IMG/VR virus record: IMGVR_UViG_3300048597_000631
Location: 1-56,900 of that record
Origin: a virus
Lineage: Duplodnaviria > Caudoviricetes
DNA length: 56,900 bases
Reading direction: 5' to 3' (one strand)
Under the pieces are notes generated by a model that saw only the letters and a program-made list of their open reading frames with translations, ran no database searches and was not told the DNA's origin. Position 1 is the stretch's first letter. Every line of letters starts with the position of its first letter. The translations under genes and the position numbers were made by a program. This document shows positions 42,760-52,170 of the stretch, in pieces.

Positions 42760-43947
42760 ATGGAATCCATTCAATTCGAGGCGATGCTATCGGTGCTCAA
42801 CCGAATCGCCATTGCGCTGGAAGCGTCAAAGCCGGCGGAGATCGAGACGATCACGCTGCCCATCGGCGCATACAAAGACTTCGACTGGTCGCAGATCAAT
42901 TGCCGCGTGTTTGCGGAGGATGAATTCGGGGTCGCGCAGGTGTTTTGCCTCAACGACGGACGCGTCTACACGCGGCGCACCAACGACAAATTCGGGTCTG
43001 AGATTTGGTATTCGCGCGGCGACGGCAAAACTGCCGACGGCACGCCGCGCTACAAACGCCTGATCGAGTTTCGAGAGATCAAGGATGCAGAGCCAATGGG
43101 CCGCAAAGCCGAGCAGGCCCTCAAGCACGCACCCGCTGTGCAGTCGCCGGCACTCAATCCACCTGTTGCCACACTGGGCGAGCGCATTTCTGCACAACAA
43201 CCGCCGGCAGCGCAACAGGTGATCGAGCAAAAACCGACTCTGCCGCCGCCGCCAGAGCGGCAAGAATTGCCGGCAGCGCTGCGCAAAGATTGGCTGCACT
43301 GGCACGACCAGGCGGCCAAGTTCGGCACGGTGCCGGCTGAGCTGGGCCTGTATGACACCGACACCATCGCGAGCGTCAACGAAAAGATCGGTCAGCTTAT
43401 CAAGCTGGTCGAGATCGGCGCGGAAGACGCAGCGCTGCAACTGTACGACAAACTGGTCATAGCGCTGGCCGACGCGAAAGAGGCCGGCGTCGACGTGCCA
43501 GCTGAGTTCTACGAAACTGCCGGCGTTGCGATCAGCGTGATCGAAATGCGCATCGGCACGATCGGCAACCTGATCGCGGCGAAGCAGGGCGCGCAGGTGA
43601 TGACGCAGCAGCAACCGCAAACGCAAATCGCCGGCGTGACTGGACAGCAGGTCATCAATGCGCTTCAGGACGCTGCCGCCAAAAGCGCCAGCCGCGTGAT
43701 GAGCAACAGCATGTCGTTCGACACGGTGAGCGCGCTGGAATACATCGCCGGCAACGAGGCCATGCGCCACGCATTCTGCGGGCGCGTGTTCGGGCAGCCG
43801 AAGTTCGGCGAGCTGAAAGACGCGCAGAAATACGCCCTCTTTAGCTGGCTGAAGCCGGCGCGCGTGAACGGCAAGGCCCAGCCCACCAATCAGAAGGCTG
43901 CAAGCGAATTCGCCGCGGTGATGGCGATTCACGAGGTGCCGGCGTGA
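42760..43947 (+). CDS. DdrB-like ssDNA-binding/annealing protein with extended C-terminus
   Basis: 'LPI...DFDWSQI','GRVYTRR','IWYSRG','YKRLIEFR' parallel Deinococcus DdrB motifs in order. Confidence 0.6.
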   Translation: MESIQFEAMLSVLNRIAIALEASKPAEIETITLPIGAYKDFDWSQINCRVFAEDEFGVAQVFCLNDGRVYTRRTNDKFGSEIWYSRGDGKTADGTPRYKRLIEFREIKDAEPMGRKAEQALKHAPAVQSPALNPPVATLGERISAQQPPAAQQVIEQKPTLPPPPERQELPAALRKDWLHWHDQAAKFGTVPAELGLYDTDTIASVNEKIGQLIKLVEIGAEDAALQLYDKLVIALADAKEAGVDVPAEFYETAGVAISVIEMRIGTIGNLIAAKQGAQVMTQQQPQTQIAGVTGQQVINALQDAAAKSASRVMSNSMSFDTVSALEYIAGNEAMRHAFCGRVFGQPKFGELKDAQKYALFSWLKPARVNGKAQPTNQKAASEFAAVMAIHEVPA

Positions 43948-44213
43948 CACAGGCTGCTGCATGGCGATCCATCCCCCGCGCGCAGGCGCCGGCACGCCGG
44001 CCAGGCGGCCCGAAGAGCAAATACATCGCGCCGATCAACGCCGCGCTGCGATCCACCGACCACGTGATCGAGATCGACTGCGCCGGCAAACAAGCGCGCA
44101 CCGTCTACGCCGCCGTGAAGACCGCCGCAAAGCGCATGGGCGCGGCCCAGCGCGTCAGCGCGTGGATCCTCGACGGCAAGGTCTACGTGGCACAGAAGGA
44201 GTCAGGACAATGA
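43944..44213 (+). CDS. Small basic hypothetical protein
   Basis: Translationally coupled at both ends. Confidence 0.6.
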   Translation: MTQAAAWRSIPRAQAPARRPGGPKSKYIAPINAALRSTDHVIEIDCAGKQARTVYAAVKTAAKRMGAAQRVSAWILDGKVYVAQKESGQ

Positions 44214-45187
44214 CCGACCATCTCATCTTCCTCAACCACACCCAGCTCGCGCGGCACACGCACAACATGCGCCGCGCATATCCCGCCACGGCCGTGCGCA
44301 AGATGGGCGCAAGCCAGCTCGACCGCGCGCGCGAAGGCAAGCCGTGCTGCCTGCAGCCGCTGGTGGTCACCGCCGGCGCCGGCATTGAATATGACCCGCA
44401 GCAGCACACCGCCTTCACCATCGTCGCTGGCCACCTGCGCCACGCCGGCAATGCCTGGCTTGGCGAGAAAGCGCCGCCGCTGCCGTGCATCGTTCGCTAC
44501 TATGCCACCGAGGCCGACATGCTCGCCGACATGGGCACCGAGAACGGCGTGCGCGAGGATGTGGGCGTGATCGGCTGGGCGCAATACCTCAAAGGCCAGA
44601 TCGCCGCCGGCGTGCCGATGCATCAGTTGTTGCGCCGCACGGGTCTGCCGCTGTCGCGCGTCGAGCGCCTGCTCGATGTGGCTGAGATGCCCGGCCTCGT
44701 GCAGGGCGTCTTCGACCGCGGCGAATTGCCGCTGCTAGCCGTCGTGCCGCTGAAGTGGATCACCGATCGCGCCCAGCTGATCGAGCTGGCCGTCAAGCTG
44801 GGTGAGAAGCGCGCCACGCTGTCGCAGGTCGAGATGGCCGTGAAGGCCCTGCGCACCGGCACGCCGACCGAGCGCAAATATCAGCGCAAGGTGCACGCTG
44901 TGCGGGCAGAGATTCCCGCGCTCGATGGCGTGCCAGCCGCGTTGCCGGCCACCCTGGGTGATGTGCGGCGTGGCGCGGCAAAGGCCTGCGCTGCGTGCGA
45001 AATCGGGCGCGACCTGCCGCTCGACGAGCCGGCCTGGCGCATCGCCGTGGAAGCAGCGTCGAACACGTGCAAGGCCTGCGACCTGAAGGCTTTCGAGCAG
45101 GTGTGCAAAGCCTGCCCGCTGGCCGAGGCCATGCGCAACGTGGTCAAGGCCATCAAAGCCGAGGTGAAAGCCGAGGTGCCGGCGTGA
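44210..45187 (+). CDS. ParB-like protein with C-terminal Cys cluster
   Basis: 'LQPLVV...IVAGHLR...PCIV...EN.VRED' ParB/Srx motifs, HTH, three CxxC. Confidence 0.75.
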   Translation: MTDHLIFLNHTQLARHTHNMRRAYPATAVRKMGASQLDRAREGKPCCLQPLVVTAGAGIEYDPQQHTAFTIVAGHLRHAGNAWLGEKAPPLPCIVRYYATEADMLADMGTENGVREDVGVIGWAQYLKGQIAAGVPMHQLLRRTGLPLSRVERLLDVAEMPGLVQGVFDRGELPLLAVVPLKWITDRAQLIELAVKLGEKRATLSQVEMAVKALRTGTPTERKYQRKVHAVRAEIPALDGVPAALPATLGDVRRGAAKACAACEIGRDLPLDEPAWRIAVEAASNTCKACDLKAFEQVCKACPLAEAMRNVVKAIKAEVKAEVPA

Positions 45188-46383
45188 CCATCGACACGCT
45201 GCTCACCCGCGTCGCCTGGGCAACCGACAAGAGCCGCCGGCGCGCCGCGGCACGCCGCTGGACGAAGGCCGAGATCGTGCGGCTGCATGACCTGGTCGGC
45301 AAGCGCAATGTCACGGCCATCGCCCGCGAGCTGGGCCGCTCGCGCAACGCCGTCGCGTCGAAGCTGATGCAGCTCGGCTACCGCATCAAGCGCGACGTGC
45401 AGCAGCCGGTCGGCCTCAACGCCCGCGAGCTGAGCGCGCTGATCGACGTGCCCTACGAGCAGGTTGTGCGCGACATCAACGCCGGCGTGATCAAAGGCGC
45501 GTTCCGTGAAAGCAAGAAGGACTTCATGGTGCCGTGGCGCAGTGTGCGGTCATATGAGAATCGCATGCAGCGCATCCGCACCCGCCGCGAAAAGGCCATT
45601 GCGCGCATCAAGGAAGAGACGATCACCAAGCAGGAGGCCATGCAGATCCTCGGCCTGAGCGAGACGCACCTCACACGCTACCTGCAGGGCAAGATTGTCA
45701 AAGCGTGGAAGATCCCGACGATCTTCACCACCGTCACCAAGTGGCGATGGGAATGGCTGGTGTCGAAGCGCGACGCCGAGCGTGTGCGCGACCTGCGCGC
45801 TGCCGGCAAGCTCCACGTGCGCATGCGCAAAAAGGCATATCGCAAGATCGCCGACGCGGCAAACCAGACGGTGCTGCAGATGCGCCGCGAGCAGCGCGCT
45901 GGACAGCGATCTGCCAAAACACTCAAGGCATTCGGGCCGCGCAATGCCGTGGTGCCAGGTCACTACACCATCGCCCAGGTTGCGCAGATCGTCGGCATCT
46001 CGACGCAGCAGGTTTACGAGCACAGCCGCAACGGCCGGCTGCAGTCCGCAAGCGTGCGCGTGGGCCGGCGCGCCTTCCGCACGATCACACCCGAGGCGCT
46101 CGAAGCCTACAAGGCCTGGCACGCGCGCCCGGTCAAGGCGACCGGCCCGATGGAGGCATGGCGCACAGGCCGCAACGCCGTGCACAAGGCCGGCCTGCTC
46201 ACCACGCGCGAGTCGGCTGATCGCTACGGCCTGGTCTTCGGCTCGCTGGTGTGCGCTGCGCGCGATGGACGAGTGAAGCATCGCAAGATCAAAAACCTCT
46301 TGGCTTTCAAGCCTGAGGATGTTGAAGCATACGCAGCCGGCATGCGCCGGCGCAAGGGAAAGAGTTTGAAGGAGGAAGCATGA
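45184..46383 (+). CDS. Multi-HTH (excisionase/MerR-like repeats) DNA-binding protein
   Basis: 'WTKAEI...IARELGRSRNAV' plus several HTH_17-like repeats. Confidence 0.72.
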   Translation: MTIDTLLTRVAWATDKSRRRAAARRWTKAEIVRLHDLVGKRNVTAIARELGRSRNAVASKLMQLGYRIKRDVQQPVGLNARELSALIDVPYEQVVRDINAGVIKGAFRESKKDFMVPWRSVRSYENRMQRIRTRREKAIARIKEETITKQEAMQILGLSETHLTRYLQGKIVKAWKIPTIFTTVTKWRWEWLVSKRDAERVRDLRAAGKLHVRMRKKAYRKIADAANQTVLQMRREQRAGQRSAKTLKAFGPRNAVVPGHYTIAQVAQIVGISTQQVYEHSRNGRLQSASVRVGRRAFRTITPEALEAYKAWHARPVKATGPMEAWRTGRNAVHKAGLLTTRESADRYGLVFGSLVCAARDGRVKHRKIKNLLAFKPEDVEAYAAGMRRRKGKSLKEEA

Positions 46384-47363
46384 ACGTCATTGGTCTGGAT
46401 CTGGGCATGGGCGCCACGAAATTGTGGAGCGCAAACGGCGGCAAGGTCATCCTGTCGCAGGTCGCCATGCCGACCCGCGAGGACATCGACCTGAAGGCGC
46501 TCGGCATGAGCGCGAAGCGCAAGCCTGTCGTCATCCTGAACGGCATGGGCCGGCTGCTGGTGGGCGAAGGCGCCCACGACGCCGGCACGCCGATCGAGCG
46601 GCTCGATTACGAGCGCCTCACCGGCTCACCTGAAATGAAGGCGCTGGTCTACGCCGCGCTGGCCACCCAGGACACGAGCGAGACGGACCCCATCGCCTTG
46701 ATGGTCGGCCTGCCGCTGGGCCTGGCCGCCGGCGACGAGTCCAAGCGCCGCATCGATGCCGTGAAGACCTGGCTGACCGGCGCGCACGTGTGGAAGGCCG
46801 ACCGGCGCGAGCACGTGGCCGTCGTCGACCGCGTCGGCTGTGTGTCGCAGGCGCACGCTGCATATCTCGACTGGCTGCTGAACGACGATGGCAAGCCCAT
46901 GGGCCGGCCCGTGAAGGGCAGAGAGATCGCGGTGATATCCGTCGGCTTCAACACCATCGAGATGGTCGTCCTGCGCGACAACCAGGCCATCAGTCGCTTC
47001 GTCGCCGGCGAGAAGCTGGGCGTACGGCGCTTTCTCGAGCTGGTGAACGAAGGCCGGCGCGGGTTGTTCTCCCTGGGTGAGCTCGACATCAAGCTGCGCG
47101 CCGGCGGGCTCGACGAGCCGGTGGCGCAATCGAAATGGAGCGCCCAGGTGCACGGCCACATCGAGCGCACCTGGTCGGATGCCGCTGGCCGTTTCGATCA
47201 GGTCATCGCCGTCGGCGGCGGTTCGCTGCTCCTGCATGACGCGCTCGTCGATCTGTTCGGCGGCCGGCTGATCGAGAGTGACGAGCCGGTGCTCAGCGTC
47301 GCGCGCGGCCTTTACAAGTTTGGGCTGATGCAAAAACTGAACGTGAAGGAGGCGGTGAAGTAA
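46380..47363 (+). CDS. ParM/StbA-like actin ATPase
   Basis: 'IGLDLGMGATK','VGLP','SVGFNTIE','VGGGS' actin-fold motifs. Confidence 0.85.
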   Translation: MNVIGLDLGMGATKLWSANGGKVILSQVAMPTREDIDLKALGMSAKRKPVVILNGMGRLLVGEGAHDAGTPIERLDYERLTGSPEMKALVYAALATQDTSETDPIALMVGLPLGLAAGDESKRRIDAVKTWLTGAHVWKADRREHVAVVDRVGCVSQAHAAYLDWLLNDDGKPMGRPVKGREIAVISVGFNTIEMVVLRDNQAISRFVAGEKLGVRRFLELVNEGRRGLFSLGELDIKLRAGGLDEPVAQSKWSAQVHGHIERTWSDAAGRFDQVIAVGGGSLLLHDALVDLFGGRLIESDEPVLSVARGLYKFGLMQKLNVKEAVK

Positions 47364-47581
47364 TGGGACGCAAGCCGGCGCCGGTGCGGCTGGTAAAGCG
47401 TGTGATCAAGCTCACGCTGCATCCAGAGCGCGAGCGGCACCTGATCGACCTCATCGATCACGCCCCGCACAAGGGCCGGCTCGTCATTGACGCGCTCGAA
47501 GGCCGGCGACAAGTGGAAGCGCCGGCGCCGGCGGATGAAAGCGACGAGCTGCGCGAGCAGCTTGCAGAGTTCTTGATGTAA
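47363..47581 (+). CDS. ParR-like adaptor
   Basis: 72 aa directly after ParM; basic N-terminus, acidic amphipathic C-terminal helix. Confidence 0.6.
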   Translation: MGRKPAPVRLVKRVIKLTLHPERERHLIDLIDHAPHKGRLVIDALEGRRQVEAPAPADESDELREQLAEFLM

Positions 47582-47591
47582 AGGAGATCGT

Positions 47592-48161
47592 ATGACTGAA
47601 CAAACAAAGACCGTGACCTGGGAAACGCTGCTGGCCAATGTGGCACAGCCAGAAACATACACCATCCGGCGCGCCACACGCGGCGAGCGCCTGTATCAGT
47701 CGCCGCCGGCCACCGTGACGATGCCGCCCAACCTCGACGCGCAACACCTGCGCGATTCGCTGGCGGCGTTGCCTGATGGCCTTAGGGCTGATTTCACCAT
47801 GCAGGTGAGTGGGCGAGCGCCGGCGATGTATGTCATCAAGCGCGCCGGCGGCGTCACATCGCACTGGGCGACGTATGCATTGCACATCGACCCGGTTTAT
47901 GGCCAGTTCGCCGGACGCGAGCTGCCGCGCCATGCGCGCAAGTGGCTGGGCCGCACGCCCTGGGCGACGGCGCTGATGATCGCGCACGAGGTGCCGGCGT
48001 GGTGCCTGTCCTCATATCCAGACCCGCGCACGCTGCCGGTGAATCACCTCGTGAGCGACATGGCCGGCATCAGCCGCGCGACGATTGACCCGATCCTGTA
48101 TGGCGTGGTTGCAGCTGGCCAGCAGTGGGCGTTCGTTCCATTGGCCGAGTGGAGGCTGTGA
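47592..48161 (+). CDS. Hypothetical protein
   Basis: AAGGAG SD; 189 aa. Confidence 0.7.
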   Translation: MTEQTKTVTWETLLANVAQPETYTIRRATRGERLYQSPPATVTMPPNLDAQHLRDSLAALPDGLRADFTMQVSGRAPAMYVIKRAGGVTSHWATYALHIDPVYGQFAGRELPRHARKWLGRTPWATALMIAHEVPAWCLSSYPDPRTLPVNHLVSDMAGISRATIDPILYGVVAAGQQWAFVPLAEWRL

Positions 48162-48325
48162 TGGAAGACCCGGAGCGCGCGTTCCTCATGGCGCTTGTTT
48201 TTTTCGTGGTTGTGTTTCTGGTGACAGCAGTGGTCACGCTGGCCGTGATGTCACGCAGGGACACGCGCAACGATGCTGCACGCGCTGAACACGAGCGCAG
48301 CCGGCGATTCTTTGACGGGTGGTGA
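48161..48325 (+). CDS. Single-TM protein
   Basis: Long hydrophobic helix. Confidence 0.6.
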   Translation: MEDPERAFLMALVFFVVVFLVTAVVTLAVMSRRDTRNDAARAEHERSRRFFDGW

Positions 48326-48328
48326 CAC

Positions 48329-48748
48329 ATGAAAAGTGAAAAGCGAATGCCTGATGAGCCGATGCTTGAAGGCAAACCAGCGAGTGCATGGGGGTGGTTC
48401 CTTGCCGGCGTCGCGTGGTTGATGCTTGTGACCGTGATTGTTGTGCCGGCGGCATTTGCGCCCGACGCGGCACGCGATGCCGCTATCGAAGCGACCCGAA
48501 CCGAACTGGGCGACACGAGATACACACTGGTTGTGTTTGTGTTGATGATGTGTGCACTTTGGCCCTTCCTGTTTGCACTTGACCGCGCTGTCATCATCAA
48601 GCATCGCTACCGCCGCGAGCGCGGGATGGTGACCGCCGACGAGCAGACGCTTTACGAGAAGGGGAACTTTTTCAAAACACTGGCGCTCGTCATGCTGCCG
48701 GTGCTGATCGGTTTGATGATCTATTTGCAAACTGCGGGCGGGCAATAA
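48329..48748 (+). CDS. Three-TM membrane protein
   Basis: Three hydrophobic segments. Confidence 0.65.
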   Translation: MKSEKRMPDEPMLEGKPASAWGWFLAGVAWLMLVTVIVVPAAFAPDAARDAAIEATRTELGDTRYTLVVFVLMMCALWPFLFALDRAVIIKHRYRRERGMVTADEQTLYEKGNFFKTLALVMLPVLIGLMIYLQTAGGQ

Positions 48749-48756
48749 CAGATTAG

Positions 48757-48793
48757 GTAACCCGCAACGCGCTGTGATTGCGTTGCGGGTTAC
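48757..48793. repeat. 14-bp perfect inverted repeat with 9-nt spacer
   Basis: GTAACCCGCAACGC-GCTGTGATT-GCGTTGCGGGTTAC, intergenic. Confidence 0.8.
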
Positions 48794-48804
48794 TGAGAAA
48801 CAGC

Positions 48805-49254
48805 ATGAAGAGGTGCATCGTGGCGACGTTGATCTCATTTCTGATCGTGGTGCAGCCGGCGCACGCACAGTGCACTGTGCCAGGCTGCGAGGAGGCCACG
48901 GCCGTGGTGAGCGCCGCGCGCGCAACCGCCCGGGCCGTCCTCACGCGTGAAGCGCCGCCGACGGCCACGCCGCTGCCAACCATGACGCCTGTGCCCACTC
49001 AGACGCCGGCGCCCACCGCCACGGCAATGCCGACGGCGACACCGCGACCAACCGACACGCCAGAACCGACAGCAACCGGCACACCTTTGCCCACTCAGCA
49101 GCCGACCGAGACACCGACGAGCACGCCGGCGCCGGCGCCGAGCAGCTCCCGAACGGGGTTGCCCATCGAGTTGTGGTGCGTCATCAGCATTCTGCTGATG
49201 TGCCTGGGCATTGGTTTGTTGATGAGGATGGTGAGCAAATGGCTCAGACGATAA
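48805..49254 (+). CDS. Secreted PT-rich protein with C-terminal membrane anchor
   Basis: Signal peptide, PT repeats, TM and basic tail. Confidence 0.7.
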   Translation: MKRCIVATLISFLIVVQPAHAQCTVPGCEEATAVVSAARATARAVLTREAPPTATPLPTMTPVPTQTPAPTATAMPTATPRPTDTPEPTATGTPLPTQQPTETPTSTPAPAPSSSRTGLPIELWCVISILLMCLGIGLLMRMVSKWLRR

Positions 49255-49991
49255 AGGGCGACAGCGGCGTGACCACAGAGCAGACGCAAGGGTGGGGCGC
49301 ATCAATGCTCGCACATGGCCCGAAGTTCATGGGCGCCATTGCCTTGGTGCTGATCGGTGCATTCGTCGCCGTGCGTGTCTTCATCGGCGAGTTCGTCGGT
49401 GATCCAAAAGTTGCGCTTGCACTGACCGGCATCACCTGCATTGCTGCTGTGCTGGCTGCTGGCCTGGCGCCACTCATCATCTGGATCATCCGCGAGGCAT
49501 CCAAAGCGGCGGTCGCCGGCGTGTCACAGCAGGTCAGCGAGACCAACCAACTCGTGAAGAGCAACATCGATCAGAGCAGCGCAGTGATGAGTGCATTGAT
49601 CGCGCTCACCTCGCAGACGCTGAACCAGCGCGCCGGCCCGATGCAGCTCACCGGCGCCACACGCGCGCCACAGCGCTTCGAGCTGGGCCAGTTCCAGGAT
49701 GCCAATGGCGACGGCCAGGATGATGACGATGTGGTGACGGTGTGGATTCGAGAGGGTACGCAGTGGCGCAAGGTTGAATATTCATTCTCGCTGCTCGACG
49801 ACTTCATCCGCATGGCCACCCCATCGCGTGATCGGTGGACACACGAGAACGCAAAGTATGGCGAGACCGCCGGCGTCATCGAATCGATCAACGGATCGCC
49901 TCTCGTCAAAAACGGGAACGGGTGGGTGTGGCGCGTGCCGCACGAGCAGGTGCTGGCCTGGTGGGAACGCGCTCAAGGAGGGAAGGGGTAA
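49239..49991 (+). CDS. Two-TM membrane protein with soluble C-terminal domain
   Basis: Two N-terminal hydrophobic helices. Confidence 0.65.
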   Translation: MAQTIKGDSGVTTEQTQGWGASMLAHGPKFMGAIALVLIGAFVAVRVFIGEFVGDPKVALALTGITCIAAVLAAGLAPLIIWIIREASKAAVAGVSQQVSETNQLVKSNIDQSSAVMSALIALTSQTLNQRAGPMQLTGATRAPQRFELGQFQDANGDGQDDDDVVTVWIREGTQWRKVEYSFSLLDDFIRMATPSRDRWTHENAKYGETAGVIESINGSPLVKNGNGWVWRVPHEQVLAWWERAQGGKG

Positions 49992-49993
49992 CC

Positions 49994-50497
49994 ATGAATA
50001 GAGTGATTGGCGCGCCCGCGCACGCGCGCGCACGCGTAATGATTGGCTGCCCCTCCCCTCTTCCGGAAGCGGCGAGCAGGCCGTCCGCATCCGTCCTTTC
50101 CCAGGACGGACAGGACGGACGGACGGACGGAGTGGCTTTGCCTCAGGCAAAGTCCCCCCGGTCAATTTCGACCGGCGTGACCATGAAATCAAGTGATGTG
50201 ATCGACGTGCTGATGCAGCGAGGCGATTTTTTGCGCGCAACCGCGTTCAACGTGCGCGGGCGTGGCCGCGTGGTGATCGACTTTGCCGGCGCTTTGCCGG
50301 TAACCACGAAGCGCGTGCATCTCGTGTCAACCCTGGTGCAGCACGCTATTAAGACACGCCGGCTCACCGCCAGGGCGTTGGGTGTATCACCCCGGTTGCA
50401 TCGGCAGGTGCTTGCCGAACTGGAGCGGAAAGGACTGATTGTGTGGCCGCGCACGCGAGGCGTGCAGGCGCATTGGAAAACTAACACTCATGCTTGA
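49994..50497 (+). CDS. Hypothetical protein with C-terminal wHTH-like segment (start uncertain)
   Basis: 'TARALGVS...VLAELERKGLI'. Confidence 0.5.
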   Translation: MNRVIGAPAHARARVMIGCPSPLPEAASRPSASVLSQDGQDGRTDGVALPQAKSPRSISTGVTMKSSDVIDVLMQRGDFLRATAFNVRGRGRVVIDFAGALPVTTKRVHLVSTLVQHAIKTRRLTARALGVSPRLHRQVLAELERKGLIVWPRTRGVQAHWKTNTHA

Positions 50498-50795
50498 AAT
50501 CATTCTTCGTGAAATCATCGCCGGCAGCCGGCCCACGCCGCACCACATGACCAATGGCGCGCGGCTGGACTATGACGCGCAAACGCACCAGCTCACCATC
50601 ACGCGGCTGAACAAGTCGCCGGACGACCGCGAGATGGGCATCTTCCGTGCCTTCATCAAACGCGTCGGCTATCGCGTGAGCACATCGTCGCCGGCGGAGA
50701 TCGAGCCGGGCATCAATAGCTTCGTCGGCTACCGGCTTCAGCTCGTGGCGCTGGTGCCCGAGTCGCCGGCAGCCAAACAGGAGAGCTTGTTCTGA
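50490..50795 (+). CDS. Hypothetical protein
   Basis: Overlap-coupled ORF. Confidence 0.55.
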   Translation: MLEIILREIIAGSRPTPHHMTNGARLDYDAQTHQLTITRLNKSPDDREMGIFRAFIKRVGYRVSTSSPAEIEPGINSFVGYRLQLVALVPESPAAKQESLF

Positions 50796-51136
50796 TGCCA
50801 CGCAACATGAGCTTCATGCTCACCACACAGCAGGTGATCGCCGGCACAAAGGACGTGACGCGCCGGCTTGGCTGGTGGACGCTCCGTCCAGGCGACCAGC
50901 TCAGCGCCGTTGAGAAGGGCATAGGCTTGAAGCGCGGGCAGAAGATCGTCAAGCTGCGCCGCATTGAGGTGGTCTCGATCCGACATGAGCGTCTGGACGC
51001 CATCACGCCAGAGGACGTGGCGCGTGAAGGATTCCCGGAGATGACGCCGCTGCAGTTCATCGAGATGTTCTGCGAGACACATCAGGGCTGCACGCCGGCC
51101 ACGATTGTGAATCGCATTGAATTCAAATATCTATGA
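50795..51136 (+). CDS. ASCH-domain protein
   Basis: 'GTKDVTRR...GD...ERLDAITPEDVAREGF' ASCH motif. Confidence 0.85.
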   Translation: MPRNMSFMLTTQQVIAGTKDVTRRLGWWTLRPGDQLSAVEKGIGLKRGQKIVKLRRIEVVSIRHERLDAITPEDVAREGFPEMTPLQFIEMFCETHQGCTPATIVNRIEFKYL

Positions 51137-52170
51137 GCACACCTACGCCCGACATCCGCACTCGCGTCGACGATGCTTTCAACGGCTTCATCGGCAACAC
51201 GCCGGCGGTGTATGCCATCAAGCGCAGTCTGCGCGTTGCGCTCACGCACACGCCGCCGCGTATGGATCGCGTGTTCTTGTTCGTCGGCGGGCCGTCGCTG
51301 GGCAAGACCACGATCGCCAAGCGCACCGCCGGGGCGCTCGGCCTGCCGTTCCTTCAGCTCGACGGCACCGCCATCAAGACCCGCGAACAACTGTTCGATG
51401 CGCTCGAAGACATGCTCGTCGACAGCGGCCTGCCGACGAAGCGGGTGGGGGAGCGCAGCGGCATGCCGATGATCGAGTATCCGCCCTGCGCCATCTTCAT
51501 CGACGAGATTCACACCCTCGGCGCCGGCGTGCAGAACGCGCTGCTGACTGCGCTTGAAGCCAACGACCGCAGCGTCGTGCTATCGCGCGCCGGCGTGCGC
51601 CGCGTGGCCGTGGTCGGCAACGTCCTGTTCATGTTCGCCACCACGAAGCAGGGCCTGCTCGACGACGCCTTCCGCAGCCGCTGCACCGAGATACTGCTGC
51701 AGCCGTATTCGCAAAGCGAGATCGAGGAGATGGTGCGCCTGAACTATCGCGATCTGCCGGCGGAGGCCGTGCCGCTGGTGGCCCGGGCGTCTCGCCTGGT
51801 GCCGCGCCGTGCCTTCATGCTCGCGCGCGATGTGGCCGAGGAGATCGCCGACACTGGAAAGCCGGTCGACACGTGCTTCGCGCATGTCATGTATGGCCTC
51901 GGCATTGTCAGCCGCAACGGACTGACGCATGACGACCTCGCATATCTCGACATCCTGGTCAACGAGCGCCGGCCGCTGGGTGAGCGCGTCATCATCGCCT
52001 CGCTCGAAGGCATCGAGAGTGAGCGTGTACGAGACGAGATCGAGCCTTATCTGAAACGCCTCGGCTACATCAAATTGGCCAAGGACGGCCGGGTGATCAC
52101 GCCGGACGGCCTCGACGCGCATAGTCGCATCAAGGCCCGCCTGGCCGAGCTTCCGCTGGGGGTGAATTGA
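51133..52170 (+). CDS. RuvB-like AAA+ ATPase
   Basis: 'FIGN', Walker A 'GGPSLGKTT', 'FIDEIH','ATT','FRSR', C-terminal 'IEPYL..LGYI....GRVIT' wHTH. Confidence 0.85.
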   Translation: MSTPTPDIRTRVDDAFNGFIGNTPAVYAIKRSLRVALTHTPPRMDRVFLFVGGPSLGKTTIAKRTAGALGLPFLQLDGTAIKTREQLFDALEDMLVDSGLPTKRVGERSGMPMIEYPPCAIFIDEIHTLGAGVQNALLTALEANDRSVVLSRAGVRRVAVVGNVLFMFATTKQGLLDDAFRSRCTEILLQPYSQSEIEEMVRLNYRDLPAEAVPLVARASRLVPRRAFMLARDVAEEIADTGKPVDTCFAHVMYGLGIVSRNGLTHDDLAYLDILVNERRPLGERVIIASLEGIESERVRDEIEPYLKRLGYIKLAKDGRVITPDGLDAHSRIKARLAELPLGVN

